Source: Piedraia hortae CBS 480.64
Lineage: Eukaryota
Assembly: GCA_010093745.1 (NCBI GenBank)
Contig: MU006045.1
Span: 1-41,441, forward strand
Length of the DNA stretch: 41,441 nt
Direction of reading: 5' to 3'
Position 1 is the first letter of the stretch; the number at the start of each line of letters is the position of its first letter. Positions 1 to 10,402 of the stretch are shown piece by piece. The translations under genes and the position numbers were made by a program. The notes below the pieces were generated by a model. That model was not told where the DNA came from. It saw only the letters and a list, made by a program, of their open reading frames with translations, and ran no database searches.

Positions 1-61
1 GTCAACTAGTTTTCCGTAGAGATTTGTATGCAGGTACACATCTGCTCACAATTATAATACT
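1..61 (-). repeat. Left copy of a 61-bp perfect inverted repeat (partner 41359-41419)
   Basis: 1-61 (gtcaactagttttccgtaga...cacaattataatact) is the exact reverse complement of 41359-41419. It is truncated by the window start. Confidence 0.95.
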
Positions 62-3000
62 TTGCCGCATGTAGCGGCTGCGGATAGGGAGGCGCTGAGG
101 AGGGGGAGGAGGGACTTGAATTGCATGGTTGTGCTGGGATGTGTTGAATGAGGTGGGGAGTGTTTATATACTTGCTTTGTTGTCCTTGCTCGTGTTCTTG
201 CGTATTTTTGCTTTCTTTTGGAGGATGTTCTGTAGGAAATACGAGAGACATGCGCGTGAGGATTACGAAGGTCTTTTTTGGGACAGGGTTTAATGTGGAC
301 GTGTCACCGGGCTGGACGCATCTCAATTGGGTGGCCTGGTTGTTTGGTGTCACAAGTAATGCGATTTTGTTAGAAGTCTGACTGGATTTGGTCAGGTGAT
401 TCTAGATGGGTGATCCTTCGTTTATATGGACTAGAAGTGCGAATGCAGACCGTTGCAAATTAACAGATGTGGGAATTAGTGAAGGGTCAATGCCCATATA
501 TCAGAGGGAAGACTTACCAACCGTCGTTGATTCCACTACTAAGTTGGTGCACTAGACTTTGCAGCCCACCTTCTTGGGCTTCTGACTTATCGTAATGACA
601 CAGCACTGCACTTGATTACGTAGACTCGAGCGAACATTCATCTTGAAGAATCTCAATTTATTCAAATAGGCTAGGATCGTGTGCCTCTTCGACACCATCT
701 GCATCATCCGTCCAGCCTCTAGCCCATCCAGGTCATACCATGTTTCACCTATAAACCTCCTTCGCTCACGCGAAAAATCTCACCTGACTAGTAAATCGTG
801 TCCCTCCGCACTTTTTCAAACATTTCTTTCAAAACGAAAGAACACGATTACACAAAGGCGTACGCCATGTGCCATTCCCGTATTTCCTAGCCGGTAGCCT
901 TAAACATGGCGGCTTTTACAAGAACAGTGAGGACATTTAGAAATGTGTGCAGGACGTAAACTTCGTATCAAAAGAAGACGCCATGGAGAAGCAGGCGCAT
1001 TCCTGGTAGGTACCAATTCACATGAATGCGTAAAACGGCAAATCTGTTGCAAGTTTTAATAAGTTTTGGTAAAGTTTCAAGTCATGCCATGATGAGATCC
1101 AGGAATAGCAATCAACGAAAAGACAGAAAATTTTGAGCAAGAAATATTTACAGCATCAGAAACGCTAATCCGAATCATACTCGTTCTAAAGAACTCATCT
1201 TGCGCACGTAACCCCCCGACCATCCGAACAAACACACCCTCACAGCCGCTTCGTTCAAGTACAAAACGCTTTCACAAACCCCAGAAGAAAGCAACCGATG
1301 GGGTTCATCGTTCATCCCAATGTAAATCTTCGGGCCTTTCCGAGGGAGATTCATCTCGCACACGCTAAGCGCATCCTTGGCCTCGTCCATAAGCCAGTTG
1401 GCCTGGGCATTCCTGCAGTGCTTTGATCGAGGGAAACTCTACAGAATACTTCTCACGAATGAGATCTAAGACGGGGCATCATACTGTCTCAGGAATAGCT
1501 CTTGCAGGTCTGCTTTGCCTGACTCTCTGTTGTTCTCAAGGTTGGGTTCAGCTATGTACTGATCATTCTATGGATGAACCGCTTGTGGTATGCCCTAACA
1601 TCCCCATGACCTATCCTGGCCGGCAACCCATGCTTTTTTCCAACAGGCGTTGGATAAATGTAATGTTCATGTCGAAATAGCACGCAATCATCCCTTTTCG
1701 AATTCACGTCCAAAGGCTCTGTTGAGGAAGGCATACCGAGGGGAGGTTAAACCATCGGGTAGCCTACTCGTGTCGGGGGCCCAGAAGGTAGAATGATTGG
1801 AGTGTTGATGCTGTTGATGCTGCTGCCCAGGCAGAGAGAAGGGATGAAATTCTCGCGCTCGTGTCCGTCAATGTATACGCCTTGCATTGTATGATGCCAC
1901 GGGTAGTTGAGTTTTTTTTATAAGGCCAGCTCATGCCGTTGGTGCAACGATTTTTGGGCTCTTGTGTTGCAGCCAACACACGCCTCTCCACCTGTTCCTC
2001 CACGTTTTTTGCCCGCGTATATGTGCTGACAGCCTTTGCCAAGGAATGGGAAGCTGCCCAAATCCACATCTCACATGATTGAACCCGACATGAAGCACAC
2101 CGAGCTCGTGACGGAGCGCAACCGCATATCCAGTTAGCTGATTCTCCCCAAACCGCTACGTCATCGAGCAGTCCCGCGGTGAACGCTCGGAAAGCGGCGA
2201 GGACGTTGGTCATGAGGGACTAAAATTTGAACGGGTCGTTGGTTAAGCCAAACGGCATAACGATCCATTAAATATTTCGAACGGTGTGACAAACGCCGCT
2301 TCAGCAGTGTGCAGATGGACCTGCCAAAACCTATCTTGCAGGTCCCAAAAAGCGGGATAGCTATGCCCTGCCGCCCGTTGCATCTCATAGCTCACATTTG
2401 GGAGCGGATGTGCGTCACTACGTGTTATGCTATAAAGGGCTCGGTTGTCACAGCATATGCGGAACACCGAACGGCACCCCTTTCTCACTGCTGAGTCGCT
2501 GAACGGAGAGTTGCACGTCGCCGTTCAGGGCGGGGGAGAGTGATTTGTCAAGTTCACTTGCGAAGGTTTTTGGCATGGCTGACGCCACGGTTGTCCACTT
2601 GTTCTGAATTGTAAGACGGAAGGGTTCCTTTGTCGCTATTGCGGTACAAGAGTCATGGACACCCTTTTCAAACTCTCAAGCAACGGTGCCTGCTGGAGCA
2701 TGAGTTGACATCGGGCGCATTTGTGGAGAACCTCATGAACACTTGAGATGAGGTCTGGGTACCAAAGGTACCGCTCCAAGTTTCTCATGGTTGTTCCAAT
2801 CGACGAGTATCCCCAGTTTCAGTGCTTCGGCCGTGAGGCAGCTAGTCTTTAGTAGTTTTTGTCCATAAAGGCGGTAGAAATCGTCCCGGAGAATGATGAA
2901 CTTGTCCGAGCTGTCGACGCGCCGGATCCACGGGCATTGTTGCTCTGGGAGGGAATGGGACTGGGTCAATCGGGACGGCACGAGGGTTCGCGTTTGGCAT

Positions 3001-4416
3001 GTTGAAGCGTCACAGTATGATACCTCCAGTGCATGAAGCTTGATCCCGTTCTAGAAGAGCTCTAACTTAAGGCCCAGCAACTGGCGCGGGTCTTGCAGTG
3101 TTGATAGCAACCGCTCATGCAAGCCGCTTACGTCTCTGTAACTACGAGCGTAGTTTAATGTAGTAGACAAAAGCCGAATAGTCGAATTTTACGACAGGGT
3201 GAGGGATAGTGATGTCGAAGGCTGACGATGATAAACATCCAAGTTGAAGATGGAACCACAAATGCGGCAATGAGGCTAAGTGAGATTATCCTAAAAGGAG
3301 GTCACCGGGGAGTCTGATGGGGGTTCCGCCGCCGCATAGTTGGCTTGGCGCTGCGGCCGTCATGCGGTCTAAGGGCGGAGGCCTGTGTGTAGATGCCTCG
3401 TCTTCTTCTGTGGCCGTGCTAGCAGTGAAGAGAGACCCGTTTCGATCCGGAGCATGGCCTGGTAAATATTTTATCATAAGAGCAGTTCTGCACTGCAGCG
3501 TTTCGCATCTTGTCTGTTCGTTCATTGCTACGAAGGCTATTGAAGACCTTTGCTTGGAATCATCTAAAGGTCTACTTTCACCGAAGCCGGCTGGAATAGC
3601 GTTCGGATATCTACGCTACCCTTCGCCCTCTTCTCATGCCACCACTTTGTGGCTAGCAGTAATTCCATGCTGGTATCTGATATGCAAATTATGTTGATCG
3701 CCATCGAGTCTCTTGTATGATACGCGTTGGGGTTCAAATTATCGAAGTCCGGCAACACTACCAGGGCGTCATGATCATCGATAGGCTGGTCATCATCCGC
3801 CTCACCAGGCCCACTTTCTGAAGCGATGAGTTTCTCCAGTGTCATTCTCAGCTGCTCCGCTTCCTGATTCCTGCCATGGTGTGAAAAGTTTCGGTAGCAG
3901 CCAAACACCCTGGGTCTTGCAACGCTCTCAACACAGACAAAAGCTTTCATGTTCAGCCTTGCTTGAGCTCATGCCATCTCGCTTTCATTTGTAGCTCATG
4001 GTTGTTGATCTTGGAAAAAAACACTTCGAGATTGGATTCTAACTATCGATCACTCCCGGGCTCATAACCTGCCACAACCGTACCCGCATGCACACGAGCG
4101 TCCCCCCAAAAAATCTCAGTGGCATCGGTCAGACCCGAGAGACCAGAGGGTATAAGGGACGGAGCTATGCGGTGTGCGCTACACTACACTGCCTAAAAGA
4201 CTAGAACAACGCGTTAAGAGCAAAATGGCAACTGTCTCGGCGGTGTAGAATCTCACGGGCCGTGTCGAACCCACGTGACTGGCATTAAGCCTGAGACCCT
4301 GATAGCATCGCCGCTTACTAAGTGATAATCTACGTAACACACCCAAAACACATGCACCTCCCGGCGGACCGATCCGCTCCAGCGACCTCACGTCATCACC
4401 CCCCAACGATGCGACG

Positions 4417-5445
4417 ATGGAGCCAACCACCGAAGTCGAGTATACCTACCCCTGGGCCGGCTCACCGGATATAATCCGGTCCCACCAAAAAGACGCCTAC
4501 GTCGAATCCCAACTTCTCCAACGCCTCTCAGGCGTGATCCACTCTTTATACGGAACCCGAACCGCGCACAAATGGGCCGAGGAAGCGCGCACGGCAACAC
4601 ATTTGATCTACCTCGCCTTAACAACATGGGTGGGGAACCGTACCCTGGGGGAGGAGTACTGCGATATTTTACAGGTGGAGGAAGATGGCCGGCTGCCGTC
4701 TTTGGTGCGGAGGTCGGGGTATATCCTCGCGCATGTGGTTCTTCCGTATGTGTTGGGGAGGTTTTTGCCGGTGTTTAGACGACGAATTCGTGCGAAGCTT
4801 GAGGCGGGGGTGAGGAGGTCGAAGGGGAAGACGCAGTATCTCCAGGGGTATGTGCTTGCGCATCTTGACTCGATTACGTCGCCGACGCCGGTGTATGCGG
4901 CGAGTTTGGTTGTGTTTTACTTTTCCGGGGCGTATTATCATGTTAGTAAGAGGTTGTTTGGGTTGAGGTATATCTTTACGAGGCGCGTTGAGCCGAGTGA
5001 TCAGCGTGGGGGGTATGAGGTGCTTGGGGTTTTGTTGCTTTTGCAGATGATCGTGCAGGGGTATATGCATTTGCAGGAGACGTATGCGCAGCTTGATGCG
5101 GCGGGGGAAGAGGAGGAGGTTAATGCGAGCATTTCGGCGCCATTGTTGTTTGAGGTTTCGTCCCGTGCGGATCCGAACGCGCAAAGGGATCGGTTGGCAA
5201 GGACGACGCATACTCCGGTCTTAAAGCATTATGACCTCGAGGAGGATGATGTTATGCGCTGGATTGATGCGCCGCAGAGGAGAAAGTGTACGCTCTGCTT
5301 GGAAGCTCTCAAGGATCCGGCTGCGACGACGTGTGGACATGTCTTTTGCTGGACGTGTATCACCGACTGGCTGCGCCAACAGCCGCTCTGTCCTCTGTGT
5401 CGACAGACGGCACTGGTCCAGCATGTGTTGCCGCTGCAAGGGTGA
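4417..5445 (+). CDS. PEX10: Peroxin Pex10, RING-finger E3 ligase (342 aa, intronless)
   Basis: N-terminal YPWAGSPDIIRSHQKDAY, TLGEEYCDI motif, GAYYHVSKRLFGLRYIFTR, GYEVLGVLL, and C-terminal C3HC4 RING (CTLCLE...TTCGHVFCWTCITDW...CPLCRQ). Confidence 0.96.
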   Translation: MEPTTEVEYTYPWAGSPDIIRSHQKDAYVESQLLQRLSGVIHSLYGTRTAHKWAEEARTATHLIYLALTTWVGNRTLGEEYCDILQVEEDGRLPSLVRRSGYILAHVVLPYVLGRFLPVFRRRIRAKLEAGVRRSKGKTQYLQGYVLAHLDSITSPTPVYAASLVVFYFSGAYYHVSKRLFGLRYIFTRRVEPSDQRGGYEVLGVLLLLQMIVQGYMHLQETYAQLDAAGEEEEVNASISAPLLFEVSSRADPNAQRDRLARTTHTPVLKHYDLEEDDVMRWIDAPQRRKCTLCLEALKDPAATTCGHVFCWTCITDWLRQQPLCPLCRQTALVQHVLPLQG

Positions 5446-5637
5446 TTACAAATGTGCATATATGAGGCGATATATCCGCTGGACTGGCCCCATCTTTGAG
5501 ATTCTGACATGGGAGTATTGGTGAGGGAACTAAATGGATTACATATATCTAATGTACGAAATCACAGATGTGCTGAACGATGAGGAACCATGCCTCCCAG
5601 CTTCGTTAAAAGACATCAGTGGGAGCTGTTCCCTGTA

Positions 5638-6668
5638 CTACAGATAAGTATGGAGTAGGCTACTCCCCTCTACTTGCCCGTCCACCCCCCCGGATCTATT
5701 GTCTTGCTCCTGCCTCTAGCGTTCGTCTTACCAACGTTCGCAGCAACGTTTGCATTCTTATTCTCAATCTCGCTTTCTTTTGCTAACGACGACGGTTGCT
5801 GCGAAGGGGGTTTAGCGACCTTACTTTTTCTTAGCCGGCTTATCACTCCCAGCGGATTTGCTGCGTTTTTTTCCTTGTGGCTTGCTGACTGGAGATGTCT
5901 CGTCAATGGTCGTGTCGTCTATATATGTCATCCTCACCGAGAGGGGGAGAGGAAGATATAAGTGAGATTATAGACCCTTCTGTTTTCTTAGGCGAGGGAG
6001 TAGGTGCTTTGGGTCTCCTTGAAGGAGATTTGGGTTGCTTTGAAGCAGACGTGGGCTCCTTACTAGGCTCAGGAATTGGTGTGTCCTCCTTAACAAAAGT
6101 CTAAACTTCCGGAGATTTGTCGATGCTGGTTCCTGGAATAGTCTTCCTGGGCGGTGCCTGTGCTTTGGGCTTCTTTGTTGGAGCGTTGGGCTCCTCCTTT
6201 GGCTTAGTTGATGTCTTCTCCTTGACAACAGCCTGAGTTTTTGGGAAGTGATCAGTATTGCCTTTGAAATGGTCTTCCTGGTGGGTCCTTCTGCTCGGAC
6301 AGACTGCAGAGCAGCCATGACAACCTGCCAAAGGGGCATTCTGCGTATGAAGACGCTTCCAGAGCAAGCGAATGTCTAGTGGGACGATGAAAGGCGGTAG
6401 AATTCCATCTAGAGCAGCACTATCTCTAGTCCGAAGAGCATATTCATGCAAGTACTCTCTCCTCTTGGCAGCAGGACATGGGTTGACAAGCTTTGCTATC
6501 TCATCAAATGCGACGCTGGACAGTTCAGCCGAAATTTTTTGACATCTTCTTTGGTATTCCGGTTGAGTCTGATGTCTTTGGTACGCTTTGTTTGAGCTCG
6601 GTAAGCTTCGAGCGAAGGGTTTCTAGTTTGTTCTGGATATTCTCCAACTGGGCTGTCTGCGTGGGCAT
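5638..6668 (-). pseudogene. Degraded gene of unknown family (coiled-coil N-terminus, K/P/S/T-rich middle, R/E/Q-rich tail)
   Basis: Protein-like segments (MPTQTAQLENIQNKLETLRSKLTELKQ; KEKTSTKPKEEPNAP...SPEV*TFVKEDTPIPEP; DDTTIDETSPVSKPQGKKRSKS) are separated by frameshifts and many in-frame stops. Boundaries are approximate. Confidence 0.55.
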
Positions 6669-7338
6669 CTCGATGGTCTCCCTGTAATGTTCCCGCCTGA
6701 TTTGAAATAGAACATGGATAGCCCCATTCAACTGTTGTACGGAAGCGGGCTGGCTCAGGAGAACAAAGGAAATCTAAAAGAAACACGTCATCGGCTGGTC
6801 AATATGTATCAAATAGCTGCTACTGAGACGTATACGAGAGGTTGGAGTACATGGAAGTTCATTAGAGGCTAATCAGCAACAAATTCTGACCGTGGGGCGT
6901 CTTGCAAGATGGCCCAACAGCCTGCTTGACAAGCACAATAGATTACCAGTAAAAGTTCTTTGTTCCCGGAATGCATTTGAATCTGGCTGCTTTTGGGCGA
7001 GGATTGCAGGAGCATGTAGCACAGAACATATGGTAGCCCCTTCAGCCAAAGAATCAGGGACACCTCAAACGCTGTGTAGTTTTTCTCGCAAGGATGACAT
7101 GATTGTCAAACAGCCAGGCGATACATGGAGAACATGGTGCCGCTGGGAGGACTGACTTGCTTTCGTAATTTGGAACGTGGAGCCGAGACGAATTGGTTGC
7201 GGAAGGGAGACGTGGACTATGTATGATATTGGGTGTGGATTGCAAACTTTGAATGGTTGATGTCTGGTGGACGTCCGGCTTAGGGTAGGCACGGGCCCCG
7301 ACAGCACAAGCGTGACGTGACGAGGTGCGGTTCGGACA

Positions 7339-10191
7339 ATGCGACCTTCCCATTCGCTTGCGTCGCGTTCCCTGTGGTCCCTGACCCACCGTCACTCCAG
7401 AATCTCCCGCCTGCCAGTTGCTGCACAAACATACCCCGCACCTTCACTGTCAAGACGCCTGTACACGCGTCAAGTGACAGCTCCCAGTAACCTACAACTA
7501 CAGAGACGTGTCTGCTCACAAAGACGCTACTGTTCACATAGAACCATGTGCTGGGACCACAGAGAGGTGGGCGGATCAGCCATAGGCGTAGACAAGGGCC
7601 GCCAGGTGCTGCCCAAGAACGTGAAGCCGCTGCACTACAACCTCACGCTAGAGCCCGACTTTGACACTTTCAAGTACGACGGAACGGTAAATATTGACCT
7701 TGACGTCGTTGAAGACACCAAGTCAGTCTCATTCAACACGCTAGACGTTGATGTCAGCAGTGCCAAGGTCTCATCGGGGCAAAAAGTAATCAGCAGCTCC
7801 CCTCGAATCAGCTATGATGAGGACTCTCAGACCACCAAAGTGGAGTTTGACGAGGTCATCCCGGCAGGCTCCAAGGCCCAAGTCTCTGTCAAATTTCGAG
7901 GCACTTTGAACGACAACATGGCCGGTTTCTATCGCTCCTCCTACAAGGATGACAAGGGCAATGAGAAGTGGATGGCCACGACTCAGATGGAACCAACCGA
8001 TGCCCGTAGGGCTTTTCCATGCTTCGATGAGCCTGCATTGAAGGCGACTTTTACGGTAACGCTGATAGCTGATAAACACCTCACTTGCCTCAGCAACATG
8101 GATGTGGCCAGCGAGAAGGAGGTTGACTGCAACGGTAAGAAGAAGAAGTCTGTTACCTTCAACAAGAGCCCTCCCATGTCGACGTATCTTGTGGCTTTTA
8201 TCGTATCTGAACTTCAAGTATACGAGAGCAAATCGTTCCGTGTGCCTGTCCGAGTGTTTTGCACTCCCGACAAGGACATTAAGCACGCTACCTTTTCTGC
8301 CGAACTGGGAGCCAAAACGCTTGCCTTTTACGAGAAAGAGTTTGGCATCGAGTTTCCTCTGCCCAAGATGGACATGGTGGCCATCCCCGACTTTTCGGCT
8401 GGAGCTATGGAGAATTGGGGACTTGTTACTTACCGCGTTGTTGATCTTCTACTGAATGAGAAGGAGGCCAGTGCCGGTACCAAGCAACGTGTGGCAGAAG
8501 TTGTTCAGCACGAGTTGGCTCATCAATGGTTCGGCAACCTGGTAACAATGGACTTCTGGGACGGACTGTGGCTGAATGAAGGGTTCGCGACGTGGATGTC
8601 GTGGTATTCTTGCAACGCTTTTTACCCCGAGTGGAAGGTATGGCAGGGTTATGTCACGGATAACCTGGCTTCAGCCCTTTCTCTGGACAGCCTGCGCAGC
8701 TCACATCCAATTGAGGTGCCGATCAAGCGTGCCGATGAGGTGAACCAGATATTCGATGCCATTTCCTACTCCAAGGGCTCTTGTGTCATCCGCATGCTGT
8801 CCAAACATCTAGGCGAGGATGTGTTTATGGAGGGTATCAGACGCTATCTGAAGAAGCATAAATATGGCAACACCACTACTGGAGACCTATGGGCAGCTCT
8901 AAGCGATGCCAGCGGGACCGACGTTGAACGGGTTGCTGATATCTGGACGAAGAAGGTTGGCTATCCCGTCATCACGGTCAAGGAAGACGCTGCGAATAAG
9001 TCGGTTCACGTCAAGCAGAACCGCTTCCTCCGTACCGCCGATGTCAAACCGGAGGAAGATCAGGTCTTGTATCCCGTGTTCCTTGGCGTCCGCACCAAGG
9101 ATGGCGTGAACGAGGAGTTGACGCTGAACGAGCGCGAAGGCTCCTTCAAGGTGCCAGACATGGATTTTTACAAGATCAATGCGGACCAGAATGGTATCTA
9201 TCGCACCAACTATCCCGTAGATAGGTTGCAGCAGCTGGGGAAGAATGCCAAGGCCGGACTGCTTACAGTCGAAGACCGTGCCGGCGTGCTTGCCGATGCC
9301 GGCGCTCTGACATCTGCGGGCTACCAACACACGTCTGGACTTCTTTCATTGATCAAAGGCTTTGACTCTGAATCTGAGTTTGTGGTCTGGGACGAGATTA
9401 CATCCCGGATAACAGCCATTCGCACAACGTGGTTATTCGAGGATGAGAAAACGAAGGAGGCTCTCAAGGCTTTCCAGCGTGATACCGTCAGCAAAAAAGC
9501 GCATGAACTTGGCTGGACCTTCAAGGACAGCGACGGCCACATTGAGCAGCAATTCAAGGCTCTGATGTTTGGCGCAGCTGCCGGATCTGGCGATGAAGCG
9601 GCGAAAAAGGCAGCGTTCGAGATGTTTGAGAAATTTGTAACTGGCGACCGCTCGGCGATCCATTCCAACTTGCGCAGCTCAGTTTATGCCACGGTCCTCC
9701 AGAACGGAGGCGAAAAGGAATATAATGCTCTTGTAAAGGAATATGAAACGGCCAAGAATGCAGACGAGCGTAACACTGCGCTGCGTGCACTGGGTAGAGC
9801 ACGCGATCCGAAGTTGATCCAACGAACGCTGGCGTATGCTATTTCCAAAGAAGTAAAGGATCAAGACATTTACCTGCCAATATCCGGGCTGCGAGCGCAT
9901 AGAGAGGGCGTCGAGGCACTGTGGGAGTGGACTACACAGAATTGGGCAACGCTCAAGAAGAAGCTACCGCCTAGTCTATCAATGCTGGGATCGGTTGTTA
10001 CCATGGCCACCAACGGCTTTACCAGTGAAGACCGCCTCCGGGAAGTTGAGGCTTTCTTCAAGAAAGAAGGCAGCAAAGGATTTGAGAGGCAGCTGGCTCA
10101 GAGTCTGGACAGTGTGCGTGCCAAGATTGGATGGCTCGGCCGGGACCGAAAGGACGTTGATGCCTGGTTGAAGGAGAATAAATACTTGTAG
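7339..10191 (+). CDS. APE2: M1-family zinc aminopeptidase, Ape2/Aap1 (puromycin-sensitive-like), 950 aa
   Basis: GAMEN motif, HELAHQWFGNLVTMDFWDGLWLNEGFA (HEXXH-x18-E), TQMEPTDARRAFPCFDEP, FDAISYSKG and an ERAP1-like C-terminal region. A second in-frame ATG lies at 7546. Confidence 0.95.
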   Translation: MRPSHSLASRSLWSLTHRHSRISRLPVAAQTYPAPSLSRRLYTRQVTAPSNLQLQRRVCSQRRYCSHRTMCWDHREVGGSAIGVDKGRQVLPKNVKPLHYNLTLEPDFDTFKYDGTVNIDLDVVEDTKSVSFNTLDVDVSSAKVSSGQKVISSSPRISYDEDSQTTKVEFDEVIPAGSKAQVSVKFRGTLNDNMAGFYRSSYKDDKGNEKWMATTQMEPTDARRAFPCFDEPALKATFTVTLIADKHLTCLSNMDVASEKEVDCNGKKKKSVTFNKSPPMSTYLVAFIVSELQVYESKSFRVPVRVFCTPDKDIKHATFSAELGAKTLAFYEKEFGIEFPLPKMDMVAIPDFSAGAMENWGLVTYRVVDLLLNEKEASAGTKQRVAEVVQHELAHQWFGNLVTMDFWDGLWLNEGFATWMSWYSCNAFYPEWKVWQGYVTDNLASALSLDSLRSSHPIEVPIKRADEVNQIFDAISYSKGSCVIRMLSKHLGEDVFMEGIRRYLKKHKYGNTTTGDLWAALSDASGTDVERVADIWTKKVGYPVITVKEDAANKSVHVKQNRFLRTADVKPEEDQVLYPVFLGVRTKDGVNEELTLNEREGSFKVPDMDFYKINADQNGIYRTNYPVDRLQQLGKNAKAGLLTVEDRAGVLADAGALTSAGYQHTSGLLSLIKGFDSESEFVVWDEITSRITAIRTTWLFEDEKTKEALKAFQRDTVSKKAHELGWTFKDSDGHIEQQFKALMFGAAAGSGDEAAKKAAFEMFEKFVTGDRSAIHSNLRSSVYATVLQNGGEKEYNALVKEYETAKNADERNTALRALGRARDPKLIQRTLAYAISKEVKDQDIYLPISGLRAHREGVEALWEWTTQNWATLKKKLPPSLSMLGSVVTMATNGFTSEDRLREVEAFFKKEGSKGFERQLAQSLDSVRAKIGWLGRDRKDVDAWLKENKYL

Positions 10192-10402
10192 ACAGCAACA
10201 TATCTGCACTAAACCGGAAGAAGCTATTTTATCTGTTACTTACTGAAACATCGTCCACATGTGGTAACAGATTACGGGTGCCACATCACCACTCGGAGAA
10301 GATGGGCGATATGTAAGTTGAACAGAATCCCGGAATGAGGAGCGTGCGCGCTGGTCGCAAGGGAAATCTGCGATTTGAGAATATAACGTACAAACGATCA
10401 AG

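Noticed and set aside
4669..5211. 180-aa Arg/Pro/His-rich minus-strand ORF (and the similar 11698-12096 plus-strand ORF)
   Set aside because: Shadow frames produced by the compositional skew within PEX10 and SEC59.
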